Below the pieces are notes generated by a model. That model saw only the letters and a list, made by a program, of their open reading frames with translations. It was not told the origin of the DNA and did no database searches. A stretch of 64,000 nucleotides of DNA from a virus. The stretch is from IMG/VR virus record IMGVR_UViG_3300035670_000083, positions 1-64,000 of that record. One strand, 5' to 3'. The position numbers were made by a program, and so were the translations under genes. Positions within the stretch are counted from its first letter, which is position 1. The number at the start of each line of letters is the position of its first letter. Shown piece by piece: positions 39,027 to 46,708 of the stretch.

Positions 39027-39584
39027 TTACCGAGTTCCGAAGAATATTCCAAGAACAATTGCTGCTGCTGTGGCAACTCCTGTTGTTGTCCATCCTATTA
39101 TTTTTTGGGTATTTGATTTATTGAGATCTTTTTTTAATCCTTCGATAATCTCATCTTTATTTTCTATTTGTTGATTTGTTAAATCTAATTCTAAAATCTT
39201 TGAGGCAACTTGTTGTTTAAGATTGTTTATCTGTGACTTTTGATTATTTAGTTGTTGATTCAAATTTTCAATTTTTACTTCCTGTATATGTATTTTTCTA
39301 TCTTGTTCATCAATAACAGCGACAAAATATGAATCTAAAGAATCACATTTCATGCCTTTTTTCTCAAAAAGTTCTAATAGATCAGTGTTGTTATCTAATA
39401 TTTGAAGTTGTTTTACTGTTATTATTACTCCTATTGTATCACCATTTTGTACAAAGTATTCTGGTAAATTTTCTTTATTGAAAACAACTGATTCTGTATT
39501 TGTTTCAGTAGATATTGTATCTATTTCTTGTGAGAAAACATTTATTGTGATAAAGAGTGATAAGATTAAAAAAATTGTTCTCAT
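39027..39584 (-). CDS. Secreted/membrane coiled-coil protein (possible spanin component)
   Basis: N-terminal signal peptide, coiled coil, C-terminal hydrophobic segment. Confidence 0.4.
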   Translation of the reverse strand: MRTIFLILSLFITINVFSQEIDTISTETNTESVVFNKENLPEYFVQNGDTIGVIITVKQLQILDNNTDLLELFEKKGMKCDSLDSYFVAVIDEQDRKIHIQEVKIENLNQQLNNQKSQINNLKQQVASKILELDLTNQQIENKDEIIEGLKKDLNKSNTQKIIGWTTTGVATAAAIVLGIFFGTR

Positions 39585-39588
39585 TTTG

Positions 39589-40038
39589 TTATTTTGTTTT
39601 TTCTTTGATTGAATCTAATAAAGATTTTCCAGTTCTATTTGGTGGATTTTTTTTAAATTCTTCAATATCTTTATTTAATTTTTCTTTTTCTGATAAGGCA
39701 TCTTTCAATTCTTTGTTTTTTCTCATCAGGTTTTTATCAACTTGTATCAATCTAAGGTTCAATTCTTCGTATTCTGATTCAAGTTTTACTAGTTTGATAG
39801 AATCTTTTTCAAATTTCATAAGAAGTGTTTCATATTCTTTTCTTATCTTGTTTTTCTCTTTTTCAATTAATCTATTTTCTTTTTCAAGTTCTTTTCTTTG
39901 TTCTTTGTGAGTATTTCCATCTAACATTGCTTTTGTATAGAAAACTCCACATACTATAAATAGTATAATAATAATAACTGATTTTAGATCTAATCTAGCG
40001 ACGAATGTTGTTCCGAACTCTTTTAGGTTTTCTTTCAT
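39589..40038 (-). CDS. Membrane-anchored coiled-coil protein (possible i-spanin)
   Basis: N-terminal TM (VIIIILFIVCGVFY) followed by a long coiled coil. Confidence 0.4.
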   Translation of the reverse strand: MKENLKEFGTTFVARLDLKSVIIIILFIVCGVFYTKAMLDGNTHKEQRKELEKENRLIEKEKNKIRKEYETLLMKFEKDSIKLVKLESEYEELNLRLIQVDKNLMRKNKELKDALSEKEKLNKDIEEFKKNPPNRTGKSLLDSIKEKTK

Positions 40039-40116
40039 GATTTTTAATAATTTTTTGATTTAGTATTCAAAAAAATAACTATATTTGTAAATATATATCA
40101 AAAATAAAACTCCCTA

Positions 40117-40644
40117 ATGATTAAAAGAATTGTATCATATGACTTTGATGGAACTTTATGTTTCACACCTGAACCTATTGAAGGTGAAAAAGTTTGGAAA
40201 AAAGAAACTGGAACCGATTGGCCTTATACTGGTTGGTGGTCAAAAAAAGAAACATTGGATTTGAATATTTTTGATATTCCTGTTAATCAATTTGTTTATA
40301 GGAAATATCTTGATGATATGGCTCGTAAAGAGGAAAAGAATGATACTTTTGTATTGTTGGCAACTGGTAGACTTGAAAGATTAAGAAAAGAAGTTGAAAA
40401 AGTTCTGAATCATCATAACTTATCATTTGATAAGGTTTCTCTTAATACAGGTGGAGATACTTATACATTCAAGAAAAGACTTTTTGAGGATTTGATTAAA
40501 GAATATAATCCTGAGGTTTTTGTTATGTATGATGATAGGCATGAGCATTTGGTAAAATTTGAAGAATGGGCGAAAACACAACCTTGTCGTGTAGAAATCA
40601 TAGATGTTACTAAGAGTAATAAAACACCAAAAATTATAAATTAA
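40117..40644 (+). CDS. HAD-superfamily phosphatase
   Basis: YDFDGTL, ATGR, K, YDDR; TATATTTG at 40080-40087 upstream. Confidence 0.8.
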   Translation: MIKRIVSYDFDGTLCFTPEPIEGEKVWKKETGTDWPYTGWWSKKETLDLNIFDIPVNQFVYRKYLDDMARKEEKNDTFVLLATGRLERLRKEVEKVLNHHNLSFDKVSLNTGGDTYTFKKRLFEDLIKEYNPEVFVMYDDRHEHLVKFEEWAKTQPCRVEIIDVTKSNKTPKIIN

Positions 40645-40648
40645 AAAT

Positions 40649-40930
40649 ATGAGTACAATAACAGAAAAAAAATCAAAATCAAAAGTAGATGAAATACTTT
40701 CAAAGCCATTTAAGTTGATTCTTCACAACGATGATTATAATTCCTTCGAATGGGTAATAACTTGTTTGATTAAAGTTTGTGGACATGATCATCAACAAGC
40801 TGAGCAGTGTGCTCATATAGTTCATTTTAACGGTGAATGTGATGTTAAAAGAGGTGATTATGAGAAACTATCTGTGATGAAGGAGAAATTACAGAATGCT
40901 GGTTTGTCAGTTACTATAGAATCAAATTAG
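40649..40930 (+). CDS. clpS: ATP-dependent Clp protease adaptor ClpS
   Basis: LILHNDDYNSFEWVITCL..VCGH...QAEQCAHIVHFNG...VK.G. Confidence 0.9.
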   Translation: MSTITEKKSKSKVDEILSKPFKLILHNDDYNSFEWVITCLIKVCGHDHQQAEQCAHIVHFNGECDVKRGDYEKLSVMKEKLQNAGLSVTIESN

Positions 40931-40951
40931 TAAAGTATATCAAGAAATAGA

Positions 40952-40982
40952 CTGAACCTCACATTACATATACATCTTGTTA
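40952..40982. repeat. Site S0: truncated attC-like site (right arm only)
   Basis: CTGAACCTCACATTACATATACATCTTGTTA is nearly identical to the right arm of S4 (43349-43379). Confidence 0.7.
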
Positions 40983-41117
40983 TATTCAGTAATTTTTAAA
41001 TTATTTTCAAAAAATCGTTTTTTTTTTTTATTAATATATAGAATATAAATATTATCAGAAGAAATGAAAAATGTAAAACTATATAAAGTGGATACGTATT
41101 AATTTTTTTATTACACA

Positions 41118-41160
41118 TAACGTTCCGATTATTTGCGTTCGGTGGGGCGTTACACCACCA
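41118..41160. repeat. Site S1: degenerate attC-like site (left core only)
   Basis: TTATTACACATAACG is identical to the approach to S9; no matching right arm. Confidence 0.55.
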
Positions 41161-41171
41161 ATGATTATTAT

Positions 41172-42004
41172 ATGAGTAAAGAAATGAGAAGGTTAATAGT
41201 TACTTTTAATAAGTTTGTTATTAAAGAAAAGTCTAATAATATTAAAAAATAGTTTCAAAATATGATGCTCCGTATGGAATTATTTTTGATGGGGAAAACA
41301 AAATATTAGTTGGTGATATGCACCAAACACCAGTTGAATTATCTAAAAAACTTGAAAATAAAGTAGTTAATGTTGCAAACAAATATGGTTATTATGGTGA
41401 AGGTATTGGTTTGGAACATAACGAAGCAATCACCAAATCATCTTTTTATGAAAGATTAGACCCCAAAAAACATTATGGTTCTTGGGATAGAAAATTAATT
41501 GAAAGTGGTGAAGTACCTGAAGATAAAAAATATTTTTTTTTGTATGCTTTGTTTTCAAATCCAAAAGAAAATCATAGATTAGAAAAATTATTGGAAAATA
41601 CGGAAGAAGAAGATACAATTTTTTATGTCTTACTAAAAACTATACCCGATTGGTCAGCAGATATGGGTAAATTTAGTTTAGGACAAAAAGAACTAAATAA
41701 ATTTCTTAAAGAAATAAGTGAAAATGGAATTGATTTTATTCAAATGTCACAACAAAAAGCAGATGAAAAATCATTATCAGAATTTTTAGATTTAGGAGAA
41801 AAATTACAATGGCCTGAAAAAAATTGGCAAGATTATCCAAATATGGCAGGTAAATTTGCAAGAGTGGCGACAACCATTAGAGACCAATTTTTAATTAATG
41901 CTGGACCTGGGGTTTATTTTGTCGGTGCGGGACATCTTAAAGATATTGTAAAAATGGGCAAAGAAAAAAAATTATCTTTAATAGGGGGCGAAAAAATCAT
42001 GTAA
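41172..42004 (+). pseudogene. Frameshifted cassette gene (leader MSKEMRRLIVTFNKFVIKE)
   Basis: ATG at 41172 stops at TAG 41250; adding one A to the run at 41244-41249 joins it in frame to ORF 41318..42004. Confidence 0.65.
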
Positions 42005-42017
42005 AAAATATTGTGTA

Positions 42018-42065
42018 TAACGTCCGATGATAAACAATCGCTTTAATGTTGTTTATCATTTGTTA
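42018..42065. repeat. Site S2: attC-like hairpin
   Basis: TAAC-GTCCG-ATGATAAACAA-loop-TTGTTTATCAT-TT-GTTA; perfect 11 bp stem. Confidence 0.9.
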
Positions 42066-42143
42066 TATTCAGTTAAATTTTTTCAATTATTTCAAAAAAC
42101 CGTTTTCTTTATTAATATATAAAAGAAAAATAATATTAAAACT

Positions 42144-42818
42144 ATGAAACATATAAAAAAATATGAAACTTTTCTAGAAAAAAAATGGATACTAGGAATA
42201 AATGAAAACATTTTTGATAAAATTGAATCACTAGTTAAGGGAAAATCAGACTCTGGTAAAATTATATCCGAATTCTTAACTAAGAACGGAATTAAAGAAA
42301 CTGGGACTGCATATTCAATTCTCTATTTGGGCGGTGCTAATCCAGGCAAATCCGAATTAAGTCACCCATTTGATTATTTACATTATACACCAGGTATCGC
42401 TAAGATTACAGAAGATGGTGTTTTAGTATTAAATGATGAAAAATCTAAATCATTAAAAACACCAGATACATTATCATTTCTAGCAATTATTGAAAAAGAT
42501 GATATTGTTAAAAATTGGACATTTGGATTAAAACAAGGGTGTAGTGTAAATAAAAATGATTATACTTTTGATTTAACAAAGGATATTTCAACTCTAACTT
42601 TTAAAAAATCTATGTGGTCAATGTTGAAACAAACTTGGATTAAAGGAGAAGATGAAGTTGTAGAACTTGATAATGATATTACTGAACTTAAAGAGGAAGA
42701 TACTATATCCTTCAAAACCCCTATGAATATGATAACTCTACAACAATGGGTTGATAAGTTGAATGAGACAGGATGGGTTAAAGAAAATAGTAAATATTTT
42801 AAAGAATATATAAAGTAG
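42144..42818 (+). CDS. Cassette gene, hypothetical, MKHIKKYETFLE leader
   Basis: Single ORF between S2 and S3 with own TAATATATA (42113-42121). Confidence 0.75.
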   Translation: MKHIKKYETFLEKKWILGINENIFDKIESLVKGKSDSGKIISEFLTKNGIKETGTAYSILYLGGANPGKSELSHPFDYLHYTPGIAKITEDGVLVLNDEKSKSLKTPDTLSFLAIIEKDDIVKNWTFGLKQGCSVNKNDYTFDLTKDISTLTFKKSMWSMLKQTWIKGEDEVVELDNDITELKEEDTISFKTPMNMITLQQWVDKLNETGWVKENSKYFKEYIK

Positions 42819-42901
42819 GCAATAATCCACAAATAAAAAACACCAATTCGTTAAGTGAAATTGATTATTTTATATCCACAATTGGAAAACGAAACAGAAC
42901 T

Positions 42902-42949
42902 TAACGGTTGAGAATATGTGTTCGTTTTAATGACACATATTCTTTGTTA
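42902..42949. repeat. Site S3: attC-like hairpin
   Basis: TAAC-GGTTG-AGAATATGTGT-loop-ACACATATTCT-TT-GTTA; same geometry and nearly the same loop as S2, different stem sequence. Confidence 0.9.
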
Positions 42950-42975
42950 TATTTAGTATCAAAAATTTTATACAA

Positions 42976-43218
42976 ATGAAAAAATGTAAATGTATTAAAG
43001 AATCTTCTTGGTTTTTAATTGATGATTCCTTCGATAAGAATTCTAAATTAAATGGTGGTGGATTTTCTTTTCAAGTAGGTAGTGAATATGATTATTTTGA
43101 AGAAGATACACCATTTGGAAATGGTATGTCGGTTATCCATCCTAAACATGGGAAAGAAAATCCTACTGGTTTTGATGAAAGAAGATTCTACGAACACTTT
43201 GAAATAATAAACTCATAA
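42976..43218 (+). CDS. Cassette gene, hypothetical 80 aa
   Basis: Single ORF between S3 and S4. Confidence 0.7.
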   Translation: MKKCKCIKESSWFLIDDSFDKNSKLNGGGFSFQVGSEYDYFEEDTPFGNGMSVIHPKHGKENPTGFDERRFYEHFEIINS

Positions 43219-43236
43219 AATTTTTGATATTGAACC

Positions 43237-43379
43237 TAACGATACTCAGATATATTTAGGTTTTCTTTTTAATGTAGTGTGAGATTTGAAACACTACCTG
43301 TCAATATACCAACAAACTCTATTAGAAGCACTTACCTTCAATTAACCACCGAATCTCACATTACATATACACCTTGTTA
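43237..43379. repeat. Site S4: chimeric attC-like site
   Basis: Left 37 nt identical to S6 left arm; remainder is a different hairpin (GTAGTGTGAGATT...AATCTCACATTAC) ending ACATATACACCTTGTTA like S8. Confidence 0.8.
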
Positions 43380-43488
43380 TGTGTAGGTGTGATTATTTAC
43401 CACCAAACTCTATTCGGAGAACTGAAAGAAAATTTTAGAAAAAAGAAGGGAGGGAAATTTAATTCAGAATATTTTATATATATCATCT

Positions 43489-44304
43489 ATGATACTCAAA
43501 TTTAATCAGTTTATAACTGAAAGACTTTCCTATTCTGAAGATGTTGAGATGATCTCAAAGATTATAATTGAATACTTATATGGTAAAGAAAACTGGGAAT
43601 CAGAAGAAGTGATAAAAATAGATAATTCGGTTATAAATGAAGTAAGAATACAATTCATAGATAATTTAAGTAAGTTAGGAAAAAAATCATCATTTAATCC
43701 AAATAAATCAGATTATAATAATCGTATGATATTTTTAGAATTTGATCCAGATGAAATCACCGAAGGATTGTTAAATCATGAAGTATTTCATGGGTGGGAA
43801 TGGATTCGAAATGAAGGAAAACATTTAACTAATTCTTTTCAATTCGCAATTATTCAATTAAATAATTACTTTGAAGAAGATGAAAACATATCTGAAATTA
43901 TTCAACTATTTTATTTAATGTCAGATGCTGAAATTAGATCTCATTTAAATAGTGATATATTTGAATTTAAAAGATGGAAAGAGGATAAAAATACCACTTC
44001 GATGGAAGAAATAGATTTATTAATAGAGGAAACAGATACATTTCAAAATTATCAATTTGTGAAAAAATTTAATCTAAACGAATATTTAAATAAATTGAGT
44101 ACTGAGAAATTAGATGAATTTATATCAGCAGTTGAACAAATGAAGTATATGAAAGATGGTGAAGAGTCTGAAATTATGGTGAAGAGATTTTCTGATTTAG
44201 AGAGAAGTAAATTTATACAAAAGTTAAATATTATACACAAACAACAAAGTGAAAAAATTACTAAATATTTAGGAAAATTAATATTATATTTCAGAAACTC
44301 TTAA
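43489..44304 (+). CDS. Cassette gene, putative zinc metallopeptidase with MILKFNQFITE leader
   Basis: LNHEVFHG (HExxH) plus downstream DAEIRSH glutamate. Confidence 0.6.
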   Translation: MILKFNQFITERLSYSEDVEMISKIIIEYLYGKENWESEEVIKIDNSVINEVRIQFIDNLSKLGKKSSFNPNKSDYNNRMIFLEFDPDEITEGLLNHEVFHGWEWIRNEGKHLTNSFQFAIIQLNNYFEEDENISEIIQLFYLMSDAEIRSHLNSDIFEFKRWKEDKNTTSMEEIDLLIEETDTFQNYQFVKKFNLNEYLNKLSTEKLDEFISAVEQMKYMKDGEESEIMVKRFSDLERSKFIQKLNIIHKQQSEKITKYLGKLILYFRNS

Positions 44305-44345
44305 ATTTTTTTTAGAAAAAATTTATTTGATACATTTTTAATTAC

Positions 44346-44353
44346 TATATTTG
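44346..44353 (+). promoter_or_regulatory. Bacteroidota-type -7 promoter element
   Basis: TATATTTG 20 nt upstream of ATG 44373; TTTG at 44326-44329. Confidence 0.6.
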
Positions 44354-44372
44354 CGTATATAATAAAAATAAA

Positions 44373-44626
44373 ATGGAAAATCTCAAACAAGAAAATAACT
44401 ACGAAAAATTTGTTATCAGACAGAAGGTGGTTGGGTATTAAAAGAAGGCGTGGCTAAAAAGGAAGAGATAAGTTTTTTTGTTGTTAGTCCTGATGGTAAA
44501 GAACTTACTTGTTTAGATGGTTCAAATATATTCTCTTCTGTTGATAAATCTGATTTGTTAGAATCGTTTAATATGAGGTTTAAAACAAACTGTGTTAGTG
44601 TAGAAAGACCAAATGTTTTTGAATAA
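44373..44626 (+). pseudogene. Frameshifted cassette gene (about 84 aa if repaired)
   Basis: MENLKQENNYEKFVI then one base missing near 44418, then TEGGWVLKEGVAKKEEISFFVVSPDG...RPNVFE*. Confidence 0.6.
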
Positions 44627-44652
44627 GAAAATAATTGAAAAATAATTCAATA

Positions 44653-44732
44653 TAACGGTTGCAAATATGAGAAGTAAATTTTTTCCATAAAAAAATAGAA
44701 AAATCAAAATTTATTTCTTATATTTGTTGTTA
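44653..44732. repeat. Site S5: attC-like hairpin
   Basis: TAAC-GGTTG-21 bp stem with two G:T pairs-TT-GTTA. Confidence 0.88.
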
Positions 44733-44758
44733 TATTTAGTAAAAATTAATTTATACAT

Positions 44759-44938
44759 ATGAAATACGAAGCACTTAAAAAAGAATATTATGCAGTTTAT
44801 GAAAAAGAACCAAGACACCAGAATGAAAAGAATGGTGTGATACTTGCACCATATAACACGAAAGAAGAAGCTGAACAAGCGAGAATTAAATATGGTTATA
44901 GTGATGATAACTACTATGTTGATAAACTCATAAATTAA
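44759..44938 (+). CDS. Cassette gene, hypothetical 59 aa, absent from the ORF track
   Basis: MKYEALKKEYYAVYEKEPRHQNEKNGVILAPYNTKEEAEQARIKYGYSDDNYYVDKLIN fills the S5-S6 interval. Confidence 0.7.
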   Translation: MKYEALKKEYYAVYEKEPRHQNEKNGVILAPYNTKEEAEQARIKYGYSDDNYYVDKLIN

Positions 44939-44951
44939 TTTTTATTGAATA

Positions 44952-45073
44952 TAACGATACTCAGATATATTTAGGTTTTCTTTTTAATATATACTAAAAA
45001 CAATTTATGAAAGATAATAAACACATAAAAAGTTTCAACGATCATCAAGAAAACTTGAATATATCTGATGTTA
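44952..45073. repeat. Site S6: attC-like hairpin with promoter and gene start in the loop
   Basis: TAAC-GATAC-TCAGATATATTTAGGTTTTCTT...AAGAAAACTTGAATATATCTGA-T-GTTA; 22 bp stem, two G:T; TAATATATA at 44985-44993, ATG at 45007. Confidence 0.9.
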
Positions 45074-45288
45074 GTGGTAGTGAAATATTAAAATATCTTG
45101 ATGATAAATATCATGTAAAAGATAATCTAATGATTGTTGGTAGATTTGATAAGAACAAAAAATATAATTATATTCAATTGTCTAATGAAATATCAAAGGT
45201 ATTTGGTTTGTCAACACAACAATCATTAGATTTAGTAGAAAAGTGGAAAGATATTAGATTTGAGAAAATTATGAAAAATAGATTTTAA
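45007..45288 (+). CDS. Cassette gene beginning inside site S6
   Basis: MKDNKHIKSFNDHQENLNISDV-SGS...; the Val codon is the GTT core. Confidence 0.75.
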   Translation: MKDNKHIKSFNDHQENLNISDVSGSEILKYLDDKYHVKDNLMIVGRFDKNKKYNYIQLSNEISKVFGLSTQQSLDLVEKWKDIRFEKIMKNRF

Positions 45289-45302
45289 TATTTAATTATC
45301 AC

Positions 45303-45350
45303 TAACGTCCGATGATAAACAATCGTTTTAATGTTGTTTATCATTTGTTA
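45303..45350. repeat. Site S7: attC-like hairpin
   Basis: Identical to S2 except one loop base. Confidence 0.9.
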
Positions 45351-45461
45351 TGTGTAGGTGTGGATTATTTACTACTAAACTTCAATCGGAGAACTGAACA
45401 AAAATTTTAAAACAAAAAGAAGGGTGGGTTTTTTAATCTTACTATTTATATATAAAAGAAA

Positions 45462-45890
45462 ATGATGAAAGATTTGAGACAGTTTATTAAAACAACCATA
45501 CGTGAGTTTTTGAATGAAGCATACATTGATGAGGATGGTAATTTAAAAGACTTTAATGATAAAATATTCTATGATTTTGATAAAATTAAAAAGTTTGTAG
45601 ATTGGTTTCAAAGTGAATATAGTGATTATACTCATAAACAGGGTTGGTCTATATTCGATTCTGATACAGAAGCACCTAATGAAAAATATCATAGTGAAAG
45701 AACTTTTAATGGTAAAAAATTGAATGGATATTATTGGCAAGTTCAAAGATTAGATTCACCAAGTGATGACGAAGCATTATTTGGGAAATTACCAAATGAT
45801 TATAAGGCTGATGATTTAGCAAGAAAGTTAGGTTTAATGGTTGATGAATACGGTGTGGTTTATGGTTGGGATGGACAATCTTTTTTATAG
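45462..45890 (+). CDS. Cassette gene, hypothetical, MKDLRQFIKTTIREFLNE leader
   Basis: Single ORF between S7 and S8 with TTATATATA upstream. Confidence 0.75.
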   Translation: MMKDLRQFIKTTIREFLNEAYIDEDGNLKDFNDKIFYDFDKIKKFVDWFQSEYSDYTHKQGWSIFDSDTEAPNEKYHSERTFNGKKLNGYYWQVQRLDSPSDDEALFGKLPNDYKADDLARKLGLMVDEYGVVYGWDGQSFL

Positions 45891-45960
45891 TGTGTGGGAT
45901 TTTTCTTTTAAAATTTTCAACCGAAATATTGATTAGAACGATGAATGGAACACTTACACA

Positions 45961-46050
45961 TAACGGATGGGTGTATATGTAGGTTTTTTAACTTTAAAAT
46001 TTAATATATACTTATGAACTGAATAAAAAACTTACATATACACCTTGTTA
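45961..46050. repeat. Site S8: attC-like hairpin with TAATATATA in the loop
   Basis: TAAC-GGATG-GGTGTATATGTAGGTTTTTTA...TAAAAAACTTACATATACACC-TT-GTTA; 21 bp stem, one G:T. Confidence 0.9.
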
Positions 46051-46081
46051 TGTGTTAGTAAAAAATAAAAGGAAAAAGAAT

Positions 46082-46387
46082 ATGAAAAGATTAAAATACA
46101 TTAAAAGATTCAATGAATCAAATGAAATGGATATTGAAATTGAATTAATTGGTCCTGATATAGATGATATTTTAGATGCAATTAACTTCATAAACAATAA
46201 CTATGATGTGAGTGTAAATCCAACAGATTTTCAAGAAGGTTCTGATATGCCTTATGCTCATAAAAGAAATCAAAATTATTCAATTTTTGTTAAGTTAAAT
46301 CCTAGTGGTGATGAAAAAAGTCATATCAGATTTATTAATGATTTGTTGGATGAAAACGGATTCTCTTGTAGGTTGTATATGATTTAA
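46082..46387 (+). CDS. Cassette gene, hypothetical, MKRLKYIKRFNES leader
   Basis: ATG at 46082 preferred over the GTG at 46052. Confidence 0.75.
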   Translation: MKRLKYIKRFNESNEMDIEIELIGPDIDDILDAINFINNNYDVSVNPTDFQEGSDMPYAHKRNQNYSIFVKLNPSGDEKSHIRFINDLLDENGFSCRLYMI

Positions 46388-46414
46388 TGATATTATTTAT
46401 TTTCTTATTACACA

Positions 46415-46544
46415 TAACGATACTCAGATATATTTAGGTTTTCATTTTTAATATATAAACAAAAATAATTTAACAACATGAAAAGTTCAAATAATGTAAA
46501 AAGTTTCAAAGAGTTCAATGAAAACTTGAATATATCTGATGTTA
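46415..46544. repeat. Site S9: attC-like hairpin with promoter and gene start in the loop
   Basis: Same family as S6 with compensatory change (TTTTCATT/AATGAAAA versus TTTTCTT/AAGAAAA); TAATATATA at 46449-46457, ATG at 46478. Confidence 0.9.
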
Positions 46545-46708
46545 GTGATAGTTTTTTGTCACCCGAAGAATTTTTAATTGATTGGGAAGGTAAAGATGAT
46601 TCAACACACCCCAATCAAGATATTAGAGACGAATGGACTAAAAGAATTAATCAATTAAAAATTTATTCAAAAATGGTTCTTGATAACACTTTAAAAAATT
46701 ATCACTAA
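46478..46708 (+). CDS. Integrase-proximal cassette gene beginning inside site S9
   Basis: MKSSNNVKSFKEFNENLNISDV-SDS...; its stop TAA is part of the terminal TAAC core. Confidence 0.75.
   Translation: MKSSNNVKSFKEFNENLNISDVSDSFLSPEEFLIDWEGKDDSTHPNQDIRDEWTKRINQLKIYSKMVLDNTLKNYH

Noticed and set aside
41172-41320. Stop-codon reassignment (TAG read-through) as the explanation for the broken ORF
   Set aside because: Reading through TAG at 41250 stays out of frame with ORF 41318, and TAG ends apparently complete genes such as clpS. A one-base deletion fits better.
42018-46544. Hairpins as simple intrinsic terminators
   Set aside because: They are AT-rich, lack U-tracts, have fixed TAACG/GTTA cores and sometimes contain promoters and start codons. 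Genuine terminators elsewhere in the window look different (short GC stems with A/T runs).
46408-46614. Minus-strand 68 aa ORF across site S9
   Set aside because: Antisense to the leader-bearing cassette gene, with no supporting promoter or motif.
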